The notes beneath the pieces were generated by a model. It had not been told where the DNA came from, searched no databases, and saw nothing but the letters and a program-made list of their open reading frames with translations. A stretch of DNA of 64,000 nt from positions 561-64,560 of the forward strand of contig DATNNV010000031.1 of assembly GCA_035601655.1 (NCBI GenBank), in the 5' to 3' direction. Source of the DNA: Candidatus Dormiibacterota bacterium. GTDB taxonomy: Bacteria > Acidobacteriota > Terriglobia > Acidiferrales > UBA7541. Shown one piece after another: positions 48,281 through 58,249 of the stretch (position 1 is its first letter; every line of letters starts with the position of its first letter). The translations under genes were made by a program, and so were the position numbers.

Positions 48281-48508
48281 TGGAAGCCCCTCTACGAGCG
48301 CTACCGCCTCCGGCCCGCGTCGCTTCAGCGTCTCACTATGGTTCGCACCGCAGACTGCTGCAATGGACGGCCAGTTCTTTCCCGCTGGAACGCGGGTCCC
48401 CTGCTAACCGCCGGTCAATAAAAGACTTACTTAAAACTATCCCCGCCTTTGTTTCCGCAAGCTCGGGTCCGGTGGTAGACTGCCCCTTCCGACTGAAGTT
48501 GCCTGTCC

Positions 48509-50437
48509 ATGCCAGAAGACCATCAGCTTCGCGACCGGTTCCGTTTCGGGGTTTTCGAGCTGGATCTCTGCACCGGCGAACTGCGCAAACACGGCCTCCG
48601 TATTCGCCTTCAGGAACAGCCGTTCCAAGTGCTGGCGACGCTCCTTGAGCACCCCGGCGAAGTCGTAACCCGCGAGGAACTCCAGAAGAAACTCTGGCCT
48701 GCAGACACGTTCGTGGATTTCGATCACGGGCTCAACAAAGCGATCAACAAAATCCGCGACGCTCTCGGCGATTCCGCCGACAGTCCTCGTTTTGTGGAAA
48801 CGATCGCACGTCGCGGGTACCGCTTCCTTGCGGAGGTTAAAATCACCGAAGGACCAGCGGTTCGCAGTCCGGAATCCGCTATGCAGTCTCATCCAGCGAC
48901 AGAAGGCGCCGATCCCCGGGATGTCTCTGAAAAATTTGCAACGCCCAAGAATCTGCGCCCATCGTATGCGTGGAAAATATCGGCGTTCGTGCTGCTCCTA
49001 CTGGTGGTATCTCTCGTCGCCTGGCAGTTCCATTCTCGGAAGCGCGCATCCACTGTCATTCGCTCCTTAGCTGTTCTTCCCCTCGAAAGTCTCTCCAGCG
49101 ACGCCTCTCAGGAGTACTTCGCCGATGGCATGACCGACGAGTTGATTTCGGACCTCGGCCAGATCAGCGCGTTGCGGGTCATCTCGCGTACCTCCGTCAT
49201 GGCTTACAAACACGCGCGCAAGCCTCTGCCGCAGATTGCTCGTGAACTCGACGTCGACGCCGTGGTGGAAGGCACCGTGCTCCGTTCCGGCGATCGGGTC
49301 CGCATCACCGCGCAGTTGATCGAAGCCTCTTCGGACAAACACTTATGGTCTCAGAGCTATGAGGGTGAATTGCGGGATACCTTGGCGCTCCAGAACAAAG
49401 TAGCGAAAGCCATCGCCGATCAAATTCGCATCAATTTGAATCCACACGAACAGGCTGCGTTGAAAACCGCCAGAGTTGTCAATCCGGAAGCTTACGAGTC
49501 CCTCCTCAAAGGCCGCTACTTCTGGAATAAGCGCACGGCAAACGGTTTGCAGGTGGCCCTGGCTTATTTCCATCAGGCCATCGACGAAGACCCGAAATAC
49601 GCCCAAGCTTATTCTGGCTTAGCCGACACTTATGCTTTGTTGGGAGACTGGCAGTATGCGGTGATGACTCCCAAGGAGGCACTCCCCAAAGCGAAGGCCG
49701 CGGCGATCAAAGCTCTAGAATTGGACAACACGCTCGGCGAAGCCCACAACTCGCTTGCATTCTGCTTGGATGGCTTCGACTGGGATTTTGACTCGGCCGG
49801 GAAGGAATTCCGGCGGGCCATTGAACTGAACCCAGGCTACGCAACCGCTCACCATTGGTATGCCTGGCATTTGAGTCTCTTGGGTCGGTACGACGAAGCC
49901 ATCGCGGAAATGAGAAAAGCGCAAAACCTGGATCCGCTCTCTCTTATCATTAACGCCGATTTGGCCGAGGTTCTTCTCTTGGCGCATTCTTATGACGACT
50001 CGATTCGCCAGAGCCGCAAGACCATCGAAATGGACGCTAATTTTGCTCTCGCTCACACGCAGCTGGGTCAGGCCTACCTCCAAAAAAACATGCCTGCCGA
50101 AGCGGTCGCGGAATTGCAAAAAGCCGTCCAGCTTTCAGGCAGCAGCACGGCGTGCATAGCCAATCTCGCTCGCGCCTACGTCGCCTCCGGTAAACGCGCG
50201 GAAGCACTGAAACTGCTGAGCGATCTGAAGAAGCGCTCCAATTCTGGTTATTCCGATGCCGCGGACATGGCCGTCATTTATGTGGCTCTTGGAGATATCG
50301 ATGAAGCCATGCGTTGGCTCGAAAAGGGCTACGAAGAACGGCTTAACCCGGGCGTCCTGCTGCGGCCGGGCTTCGATGCTCTTCGCGCCGACCCGCGCTT
50401 TGCAGACTTTCTGCGCCGCGTTGGCCTGCCGCACTGA
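48509..50437 (+). CDS. CadC-like winged-helix / TolB-like / TPR transmembrane regulator
   Basis: RFGVFELD...QPFQVL...ETIARRGYRF, a TM helix, SLAVLPLE...YFADGMTDELI and TPRs. Confidence 0.9.
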   Translation: MPEDHQLRDRFRFGVFELDLCTGELRKHGLRIRLQEQPFQVLATLLEHPGEVVTREELQKKLWPADTFVDFDHGLNKAINKIRDALGDSADSPRFVETIARRGYRFLAEVKITEGPAVRSPESAMQSHPATEGADPRDVSEKFATPKNLRPSYAWKISAFVLLLLVVSLVAWQFHSRKRASTVIRSLAVLPLESLSSDASQEYFADGMTDELISDLGQISALRVISRTSVMAYKHARKPLPQIARELDVDAVVEGTVLRSGDRVRITAQLIEASSDKHLWSQSYEGELRDTLALQNKVAKAIADQIRINLNPHEQAALKTARVVNPEAYESLLKGRYFWNKRTANGLQVALAYFHQAIDEDPKYAQAYSGLADTYALLGDWQYAVMTPKEALPKAKAAAIKALELDNTLGEAHNSLAFCLDGFDWDFDSAGKEFRRAIELNPGYATAHHWYAWHLSLLGRYDEAIAEMRKAQNLDPLSLIINADLAEVLLLAHSYDDSIRQSRKTIEMDANFALAHTQLGQAYLQKNMPAEAVAELQKAVQLSGSSTACIANLARAYVASGKRAEALKLLSDLKKRSNSGYSDAADMAVIYVALGDIDEAMRWLEKGYEERLNPGVLLRPGFDALRADPRFADFLRRVGLPH

Positions 50438-50806
50438 ATCACCAAACGGACATTCAGAATGATGCGTGCGGCGGAGCCGCGGAGTGCCTCCCACGCTCGC
50501 TTATTCAGTTGCTGGCGCTAATCTTTAGATCGGCTGCGATAGGCCGCGCGGCCCTGCATTCGAATTTCGCTAGTTATGCGCACTTGTCTGCGCGGCGAAA
50601 AGACGACAGCGCTGTTACCACTAATCCTTCACTTAGAAGACCTCCCGAGCGGCAATTTTATTCGCGACTCGGGCCTCTTTTTTTTGAGTACCAGCGAAAA
50701 CAACGCAACGCAATAAATGTGGAATACGGCAGGCACCGCGGCGGTCGAGATAAATGTGAGCACGCTAGTCAAGAGCGCGTAGAGATACTCAAGAAAGAGA
50801 AAAACG

Positions 50807-51265
50807 ATGAAACTGTTCTGTGCAGTGATGGCCCTGGCCTGCGTGCCGGCGGCGCTGGCAAAGAATGATGCGCCTTATCCCAAGGAAAAGGTCGCGGAGT
50901 TTGTGGTCGCGAAGCTGGATGTCACGACGCTCCCGGCTGCGATGCAGCCGAAACGCGACAAGGGCAAGAAGACCTTCGGCGATTATGGCTACGTGACGCG
51001 GCAACTGGACGAGAACGAAGCGCTTGTCGAGGCGGCATCCGGCGGTTCGCAAATCAACATCAAGATCCTCGAGCAAAAATCAGCTGGAATTTACGTTTGC
51101 ATCGCCGGGCCTGGGAAGGGTGCGCGCGAGGGCCAGATCCAGCGCGTGTACCTACTCAAGCTGAAAAGTGCCAGCGGACTTCTCAAGGGCACGGAGTCCT
51201 GGAAGGAATTCGAAGGCTGCCCGGTGAGCGGCGGTGATTCTGGCGGTGGCTCGTACGGCGGTTGA
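50807..51265 (+). CDS. Hypothetical secreted protein
   Basis: MKLFCAVMALACVPAALA signal peptide and two mature-region Cys; no family recognised. Confidence 0.65.
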   Translation: MKLFCAVMALACVPAALAKNDAPYPKEKVAEFVVAKLDVTTLPAAMQPKRDKGKKTFGDYGYVTRQLDENEALVEAASGGSQINIKILEQKSAGIYVCIAGPGKGAREGQIQRVYLLKLKSASGLLKGTESWKEFEGCPVSGGDSGGGSYGG

Positions 51266-51367
51266 TCCGCTGGCACAATCTTGCCGATCCATCTGCTCTG
51301 ATGTTCGTCACGCTGAGGGAGCCTCAGAGGCTTCCTTGGCGTGTCCTCTTTCATTCGGCACTCTCTG

Positions 51368-53065
51368 CTAATTTCCTTCAGCATCGTCTGAAGCGCATCC
51401 TGCTGTTTTGTGCTGCAGCGCCGGAAAGTCCTGCAACGCTCGTTCCTGCAACTTATATTTCTGCAGCTTGCCGCTGGCAGTTTGCGGAAACTCGGAAACG
51501 AACTGAATGTATTTCGGAATCTTGAACGACGCAATCTGTCCCTTGCAGAACGCGGCAATCTCCTCCGGCGTAGAGGATGCACCTTGTTTCAGCCGAATCG
51601 CGGCCGCCACCTCCTCTCCAAATTTCCGATGCGGCACGCCGTACACCGCCACGTCGCTGATTTTTGGGTGGCTTCGCAGGAATTCCTCGACCTCCCTCGG
51701 ATAAATATTCTCGCCCCCGCGAATCATCATCTCCTTCTTGCGTCCGCGAATCTTCAGATATCCGTCCGCATCTTGGGAAGCCAGGTCTCCGGTGCGCAGC
51801 CAACCGTCATCGGTGATCGCTTCTCGCGTGGCTTCCGGCTTGTTGTAGTAGCCCTTCATCACCAGATATCCGCGCACCCACAATTCGCCGGTTTCGCCGC
51901 AAGGCATGGGCTCGCCGGTGTCCCGATCGACGATTTTCACTTCAGCGCCACGAAGAGGCTTGCCGACCGTCTGTGTCCGGCGCGTCATGTCGTCGTCAAT
52001 CTCCGTCATGGTCACCACCGGCGACGCTTCCGTAAGCCCGTAAGCGATGGTGATTTCCGGCAGATGCATGTCGTGAATCACTCGGCGCATCAGCGATTCC
52101 GGACACGGAGCGCCGGACATGATTCCCGTGCGCAAGCTGCTCAAGTCGTACTTGCCGAACGACGGATGCTCGAGTTCCGCGATGTACATCGTGGGCACTC
52201 CATAGAGAGCAGTGCAGCGCGCGCTAGCCACGGCGTGCAAGACCGTTTCCGGATCGAACGAAGTGAGCGGAACGATAGCCGCGCCCCAGGTGTAGGCTCC
52301 CAGAATCCCCAGCACGCAGCCGAAGCAATGAAAAAACGGAACAGGCAGGCAGACGCGATCTTCGGCAGAGAATCGCTGCGTATGTCCGATCCAGTGTCCG
52401 TTGTGGACGATATTGTGGTGGGAGAGCATCGCTCCTTTCGGGAATCCCGTCGTGCCAGAGGTGTACTGGATATTGATTACATCATGGACGTCGAGCGCGA
52501 TGCCGCTAAGCAAATCATCCGGCGCTTCCTTTCCCAACGTCTGAACCTGTTTGTAAGTGATCATTCCGCCCGGAGCTTCTTCTCCCAGAAAAACGACGTG
52601 GCGCAGGCTAGGCAGCTTGGCGCTATGCAGTTGGGCTTCGGGATTGTGGTTGCGCAATTCCGGAACGATCTCATAAAGGGTCTCCGCATAATCCACATCG
52701 CGAAATCCGGCACTGAGAATCAGAGTGCACGACTCCGATTGCGAAAGCAGGTACTCCACCTCATGTTTCCGCAACAAAGTGTTGACAGTAACCATCACCG
52801 CGCCGATCTTCGCCAGGCCGAAAAACAGCATCACCCATTCCGGAAGATTCGTGGACCACAGCGCGACTCGCTCCCCCTTACGAATACCCAGGCTCGCCAG
52901 CCCTCGCGCGCACGTTTGCGCCAACTCTTCCAATTGCCGGAACGTCCAGCGCAATCCCAGTTCCGGGTAAATCAAGGCGTCTCTATCCGGATACTGCGCC
53001 GCCTGCCGCGCAAGAACATCGCCCAGCAAACTGGATGAGATGGGTTGCGGCCCTGCCGTAGCCAT
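51368..53065 (-). CDS. AMP-dependent acyl-CoA synthetase
   Basis: YTSGTTGFPKG, AYGLTEASP, GWLRTGDL and TASGKLQK. Confidence 0.93.
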   Translation of the reverse strand: MATAGPQPISSSLLGDVLARQAAQYPDRDALIYPELGLRWTFRQLEELAQTCARGLASLGIRKGERVALWSTNLPEWVMLFFGLAKIGAVMVTVNTLLRKHEVEYLLSQSESCTLILSAGFRDVDYAETLYEIVPELRNHNPEAQLHSAKLPSLRHVVFLGEEAPGGMITYKQVQTLGKEAPDDLLSGIALDVHDVINIQYTSGTTGFPKGAMLSHHNIVHNGHWIGHTQRFSAEDRVCLPVPFFHCFGCVLGILGAYTWGAAIVPLTSFDPETVLHAVASARCTALYGVPTMYIAELEHPSFGKYDLSSLRTGIMSGAPCPESLMRRVIHDMHLPEITIAYGLTEASPVVTMTEIDDDMTRRTQTVGKPLRGAEVKIVDRDTGEPMPCGETGELWVRGYLVMKGYYNKPEATREAITDDGWLRTGDLASQDADGYLKIRGRKKEMMIRGGENIYPREVEEFLRSHPKISDVAVYGVPHRKFGEEVAAAIRLKQGASSTPEEIAAFCKGQIASFKIPKYIQFVSEFPQTASGKLQKYKLQERALQDFPALQHKTAGCASDDAEGN

Positions 53066-53141
53066 TGCTGCCTCAAAAAATCAGTCGTGCAATTTTGTCA
53101 ATGCAAATCCGCGTCAGGCTCTGCGTCGCGTCTGATGTTTA

Positions 53142-54668
53142 TCAGCGCAGCCGCCAGTCTGTCGTTTCCTCAAAAGCTTTGGCGGCGCTGATCAACGTCG
53201 TCTCGTCGAAATGCTTCCCTACCAGCATCATCCCGATTGGCAGTCCATCCACTTTGCCGCAGGGAATGGTGAACGCCGGATGGCCGGAAACATCGAAAGG
53301 ACAGGTGTTCTGCTGCATGTTGAGCGCGGCATCCACGTAGACTTCTCGAGAAGCGTCTGCCGGAGGAATGCGCGTCGCCGGAAAAGGAATCGTCGGCATC
53401 GCGATAAAGTCATAATTCTTGAGCACCGCGTCGTAGGCATCGCGCAGAAGCACGCGCAGATTCTGCGCCTTGGCGTGATAGCGATTGTGGTAGACGCGAT
53501 GCATGTATTCGCCCAGCAGCAGCACCAGTTTTACGGTCTCGGACACGTCGTCCGGTCTGGAAGTCCACCCCTTGGCAAATGCTTCCTGAAGCGACGTCGT
53601 GTAGTAGCCCATCCAATTGTTGCCCATTGCGTAGCCTTTTATCATCATCTCGGCAGCGCCTTCGAGAATCACCCCAGCCCAGATGTGCGGTCCGTCGTAG
53701 TGCAGTGGCACGGAGACTTCTTCCACCGTCGCACCCAGGCCTTTGAATTCGTCGATCGCCGCGCGAACCTTCGCGTCCGTCGCGGCACTGCGCGGATCAG
53801 TCGTGGGATGGCCGAATCCTTCGCGCAGCACCGCAACCTTCAGTCCTCTAGCGCCTTTGCTAAGCGCGCCCATGTAATCGCCAGTCCGCGCGCTGATCGT
53901 CCGCGGGTCCAGCGCATCGGCTCCCGCAATCGCGGTCAGAAGCCGCGCCACATTTTCCACGCTGTTGCAGATAGGCCCGCAGTGATCCACGGAATAGGAA
54001 ATCGGCATGCCACCCGTCATCGGCACCAATCCCCAAGTCGGTTTCAATCCATAAACGCCGCACCATGCGGAAGGTGTGCGGATCGAGCCGCCCTGATCTC
54101 CGCCAAGCGCCATCTCCACATCGCCCGCAGCCACCACCGCCGCACTTCCGCCCGATGATCCGCCTGTGCTGTACTCCGGACTATGCGGATTGCGGATCGG
54201 CCCGGTCGCGCAGGTGTGGCTTCCCGCGGAGAAACACAAATCCTCGCAAGCCGCTTTCCCCGCGACAATTCCGCCATTATCCAGAATGCGTGTCACGACC
54301 GTGGCGTCCACGTCCGGCACGTAGCCTTCCAGCACCCGCGAGCCGTTCATCATCGGCACTCCGGCCACGCAAATGTTGTCCTTGATCGCCACCTTCTTCC
54401 CAGCCAGCACGCCGCTGGCAGAACCGCGAATGTCCGTCTTCCAGTACCATGCGTTCCAAGGATTTTCCTCCTTGCTCGGACGATAACCCGCAGACCGTGG
54501 GTACTTCACCGGCAGCTTCGGCTCGGTCAGCTCATCCAATCGGTCATACGACGCAATGGTTCCCGCCATCAATCCCCGAAAACTCGCGGCGTCTTCTGAC
54601 GTGAGCGTCATGCCAAAGGATCCGGCAATTTCCAGAAGCTGCTTTACTGTGGGAGGACGCACAGGCAT
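53142..54668 (-). CDS. Amidase-signature family amidase
   Basis: IKDN, GGSSGGSA and GGDQGGSIRTPS (Lys/Ser/Ser triad). Confidence 0.93.
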   Translation of the reverse strand: MPVRPPTVKQLLEIAGSFGMTLTSEDAASFRGLMAGTIASYDRLDELTEPKLPVKYPRSAGYRPSKEENPWNAWYWKTDIRGSASGVLAGKKVAIKDNICVAGVPMMNGSRVLEGYVPDVDATVVTRILDNGGIVAGKAACEDLCFSAGSHTCATGPIRNPHSPEYSTGGSSGGSAAVVAAGDVEMALGGDQGGSIRTPSAWCGVYGLKPTWGLVPMTGGMPISYSVDHCGPICNSVENVARLLTAIAGADALDPRTISARTGDYMGALSKGARGLKVAVLREGFGHPTTDPRSAATDAKVRAAIDEFKGLGATVEEVSVPLHYDGPHIWAGVILEGAAEMMIKGYAMGNNWMGYYTTSLQEAFAKGWTSRPDDVSETVKLVLLLGEYMHRVYHNRYHAKAQNLRVLLRDAYDAVLKNYDFIAMPTIPFPATRIPPADASREVYVDAALNMQQNTCPFDVSGHPAFTIPCGKVDGLPIGMMLVGKHFDETTLISAAKAFEETTDWRLR

Positions 54669-54803
54669 CGGATCTCCTTACGTGAATCGGCGCTCAGACG
54701 AAAAGCGCGTCAGTGTACGCGACACCACCGCAAAAACCAATTCGTGCCGCTGCAGTCGCTTTACTCAACACTCTACCGCCCGCTGTGCTAATTTCATCCA
54801 TCC

Positions 54804-55382
54804 ATGCGTGTTATCGCAGGCCAATACCGCTCCCGCATTCTCAAATCGCTTAAGGGCTTAGCCCTCCGTCCCACCAGCGACAAGCTTCGCGAAACCCTCT
54901 TCAACGTCCTCGCTCAGGAAATCGCCGGCTCGCATTTCGTCGACCTCTTCGCCGGCACCGGCGCCGTCGGCATCGAAGCCCTCAGCCGTGGCGCCGCGGA
55001 AGTCGTCTTCATCGAAAACCACGCGCCCGCCGCCGCCCTCATCCGCAAAAATCTCGAATCCCTCGCCATCCGCTCCGGCGCAACGGTTCTTTCCTCCGAC
55101 GCCCTTCGCGGCCTGCAAACCATGGCCTCTCGCTACGCCACTCAGCCAACGTTCGGCTACGTCTTCCTCGACCCGCCCTACGCCGCCGCCGATGACTATC
55201 TCCGCGTGCTCCGCTACCTCGGCTCCGCCGAATTTCTCACCCCCAACGCCATTGTCATCGCCGAACACCGCAAGACCTTCCCCCTCCCAGACCAAATCGA
55301 AAACCTCCACCAAGTCCGCCTCCTGAAACAAGGTGACGCCGCCCTGACTTTCTACCGCCGCACTCCCGCAACTTCTTTGTAG
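54804..55382 (+). CDS. rsmD: 16S rRNA m2G966 methyltransferase
   Basis: MRVIAG, LRPTSDKLRETLFN, DLFAGTGAVGIEALSRGA and FLDPPY. Confidence 0.95.
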   Translation: MRVIAGQYRSRILKSLKGLALRPTSDKLRETLFNVLAQEIAGSHFVDLFAGTGAVGIEALSRGAAEVVFIENHAPAAALIRKNLESLAIRSGATVLSSDALRGLQTMASRYATQPTFGYVFLDPPYAAADDYLRVLRYLGSAEFLTPNAIVIAEHRKTFPLPDQIENLHQVRLLKQGDAALTFYRRTPATSL

Positions 55383-55416
55383 TGGCGCCCGCCGCGGCGG
55401 GCTGCGCCAGAATCGC
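55375..55416 (+). repeat. GTAG-type REP-like family A copy 2 (supplies the rsmD TAG stop)
   Basis: CTTTGTAGTGGCGCCCGCCGCGGCGGGCTGCGCCAGAATCGC; one mismatch to 60421-60462. Confidence 0.85.
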
Positions 55417-55560
55417 CGCTCGCACGATTCCGCCTTCGCTAGGTTCCCATGCGTCCTTCCGCGGACCTCGTGTCCTCCGCTGCAACCTCCGCAACCCCAA
55501 ACGCGGCAATCCGCATCCCATTCAAGTCCCGCCGTTCCCTCGCGTATACTGGTGCTATCG

Positions 55561-57267
55561 ATGTCGTCGAATCAGGTCATCAACGCCTTCGACCTCCTGG
55601 GTCAGGCCGAAGCTCCCAAGGATCTCGTCCGCCTCCACGGCGCGCAAGAACCCAATCTCCGCGTCGGCTGGGGCGAATTCCGCCAAAGCCTCGGCAGCAG
55701 CATCCGCGCACTCGTTGCCGGTCCCTCCGCTCCAAGAAGATTTCTCAGCGGCGGCTTTTTCAAGGATTGCTGGGTCGAGCGCCGCATTCCCCGCCGCGCC
55801 GTTGTCGCCGCATGCCTCTGGCATATCGTTTTCCTCGCCATGCCATTTCCCAACCTACCCGCCGCCCCGCGCACGAATTCTGCTTTCGAAAACACCCAAC
55901 TCACCTGGTCCGGCCTCATCAACGATCTTCCTCTCGTCGAACTCCGCGCCGAAAAGCCCAAGCCCAGTCCGCGCGGCGAGCCCAACAAGCCTCTTCCCGC
56001 CCAAGGTGCCGACGCTTTCCATCCGCGCCAGCGTATTTTCACCGATCCCGCCCATCCCACGCATCCGCGACAAACGCTTATCAACTCCGCCGCGCCCCCT
56101 GAACCGCCGAAAATCCTCCCCACTCTCCCCAACATGGTCCAGCTGGCGCCAACTCTCGCTCCCCCGCGCCCGCATCTCGAAATCAGCGAAAAGACTCTCG
56201 CCAAACTCCGCCCACGCGAACGCCGCCGCGCCACCGTAACCGAAGCTCCCGCGCCCGATCTCCCAACCTTCGAGCAGAAACCCGGCGAAATCGTCCTCGC
56301 CACTCCCGCGAACGCACCCGCGCGCCCCAAGCTCGAGCTCAACGCCGGTGCCGCCCCTCGCCAAGCCGACCGCAAACAAACCGGCGATGTAGGTCCCGCA
56401 CCCGAACTCTCGCAATCCCAATCCGCCGCCAACGGCAATTCCGCCACGTTCATCGCGCTCTCCGCTACCCCCGGCCCCGCGGCTCCCGTACAACTCCCCC
56501 AAGGCAATCTCTCCGCCCGCATCTCCATCTCGCCGGAAGGTAAGCAACCCGGCGTTCCCGGAGGCGTGCCGGCAAATCCGACCGCTAACAACGGCGGCAG
56601 CGGCGGCGATCCCGAAAGCCATGGCGGAAACAATGGTGGCGCGGGGAAAAATGTCACGGGTGTGAGCATCAGCGGCGGGAATCCGCCGGCAAAGAATGGC
56701 ATCTCCGGCCTCGGCGGCGGCACGCCCAAGGTCACTGCTCCTTCGCTGCGCCTATCCATCGCGCGGCCCGACCCGCGCGCCCGTCCCGACGACGAGCCGC
56801 AGCGCACCGGCCCGCCGAATTTTGCAGCGCTTCCGCCTGGCGCAAAACCGGAAGCGGCGCTCATCGGCAAGAAGGTTTACACGCTGTACGTCAACATGCC
56901 GAATCTGAACAGCGCGACAGGTAGCTGGATTCTGAATTTTTCCGAATTGCGCGCGAATGCCGATGCTCCACACGTCACTTCAGCCGATTTGGCTGCGCCT
57001 TCGCCGCTGAAGAAAGTCGACCCCAAGTATCCGCCCACGCTCATCAGCGATCACGTCGAGGGCGAAGTAGTTCTGTACGCGGTAATTCGCCGCGACGGTT
57101 CCGTCGACAGCATTCAGCTTGTTCGCGGCATCGACGAGCAGCTCGACAACAACGCCATGCTAGCCCTCAGCCAGTGGAAATTCCGCCCTGCCGAAAAAGC
57201 CGGCGCCACCATCGATCTCGAAGCCATCGTGCATATCCCCTTCCACGCTCCGCCCGATCGCTACTAG
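55561..57267 (+). CDS. TonB-family energy transducer with long Pro-rich region
   Basis: One TM helix, Pro-rich spacer, and VDPKYPP...VEGEVVLYAVIRRDGSV...ALSQWKFRPA. Start approximate. Confidence 0.85.
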   Translation: MSSNQVINAFDLLGQAEAPKDLVRLHGAQEPNLRVGWGEFRQSLGSSIRALVAGPSAPRRFLSGGFFKDCWVERRIPRRAVVAACLWHIVFLAMPFPNLPAAPRTNSAFENTQLTWSGLINDLPLVELRAEKPKPSPRGEPNKPLPAQGADAFHPRQRIFTDPAHPTHPRQTLINSAAPPEPPKILPTLPNMVQLAPTLAPPRPHLEISEKTLAKLRPRERRRATVTEAPAPDLPTFEQKPGEIVLATPANAPARPKLELNAGAAPRQADRKQTGDVGPAPELSQSQSAANGNSATFIALSATPGPAAPVQLPQGNLSARISISPEGKQPGVPGGVPANPTANNGGSGGDPESHGGNNGGAGKNVTGVSISGGNPPAKNGISGLGGGTPKVTAPSLRLSIARPDPRARPDDEPQRTGPPNFAALPPGAKPEAALIGKKVYTLYVNMPNLNSATGSWILNFSELRANADAPHVTSADLAAPSPLKKVDPKYPPTLISDHVEGEVVLYAVIRRDGSVDSIQLVRGIDEQLDNNAMLALSQWKFRPAEKAGATIDLEAIVHIPFHAPPDRY

Positions 57268-57283
57268 CCGCGTTCACACATTC

Positions 57284-58249
57284 TCAGGCGCTCGTCTTTT
57301 TCTGCGCCGCCGCGGTGGATTCGGCCGCCGCTTCCGCAAGTTTTACCAGCGCCCACAACGTATGGTTGGCCGGCGCCGGAATACCCAAAGCCATGCCCCG
57401 CCGCGCGATGAATCCGTTCAACGAATCAATCTCCGTACGCTTGCCGCGCATCAGGTCCTGCCCGGTAGAAGAAATCGCCTCCGGCAGTTGCGCGGCGATT
57501 TTCCGCGCCAGCTCAAACGCTTTCTCAGCGTCCGCCAGCGGTCCCAAATCCACCTGGCAAGCTCTCGCCACATCCAAAACCTCGACAACCGCGCCTTCTA
57601 CGAGCTTCCAGGTCTCCGCGTCGCCCGCGATCTGCCCATACTTCGCGCGGCTCAGTGCCGAGATCGCATTCAGCGCGCAATTCGCGATGAATTTCGTCCA
57701 CAGCTCACCCTCGATGTTTGACGAAACCCGCACCGGAACTCCCGCGCGCGTAAACAAATCTGCCAGCTTCTTCGTCTGCTCGCTCTCCGGACCAAAAACC
57801 AGATCCCCGCGCCCGGTATGCTTCACGCGCCCCGGCTCCGGCACAAACGCTCCGATGTACACCACCGACGGCAGCGCATTCGCGATTCCCGCCGCGCGAA
57901 TCTGCTCCACATTGTCCACGCCGTTCTGCATGCTCACAACCATTGCGCCAGGCGCGAGCAGCGGCCCCAGCGCCGCCGCCGTCGCCGCATTGTCCGTAGT
58001 CTTCACGCAAAAAAGCACAATTTCCGCTCCGCGCGCCGCGCTCAAATCTGCCGACGCCTCCACTTTCACCCGCTCCTGGAATTGCAGCGCATCCAGAAAC
58101 AATCCCCCGCGTTTCACCGCTTCCACAAACGCCGTCCGTCCGATCATCACCACCGGCGCGCCCGCGCGCGCCAGCATTCCGCCAAAATAGCCGCCTACCG
58201 CTCCTGCGCCCACCACCGCAACTTTCGGCCAATCTGCCGGAGCGGTCAT
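57284..58249 (-). CDS. panE: 2-dehydropantoate 2-reductase
   Basis: GAGAVG, SMQNGV, LWTKFIANC and SSTGQDL...TEIDSLNG. Confidence 0.88.
   Translation of the reverse strand: MTAPADWPKVAVVGAGAVGGYFGGMLARAGAPVVMIGRTAFVEAVKRGGLFLDALQFQERVKVEASADLSAARGAEIVLFCVKTTDNAATAAALGPLLAPGAMVVSMQNGVDNVEQIRAAGIANALPSVVYIGAFVPEPGRVKHTGRGDLVFGPESEQTKKLADLFTRAGVPVRVSSNIEGELWTKFIANCALNAISALSRAKYGQIAGDAETWKLVEGAVVEVLDVARACQVDLGPLADAEKAFELARKIAAQLPEAISSTGQDLMRGKRTEIDSLNGFIARRGMALGIPAPANHTLWALVKLAEAAAESTAAAQKKTSA

Noticed and set aside
6053-53038. Long antisense or alternate-frame ORFs (e.g. 6053-7879, 11663-13015, 24476-25861, 48437-48892, 51410-53038)
   Set aside because: Shadows of well-supported genes in high-GC DNA, with no recognisable motifs.
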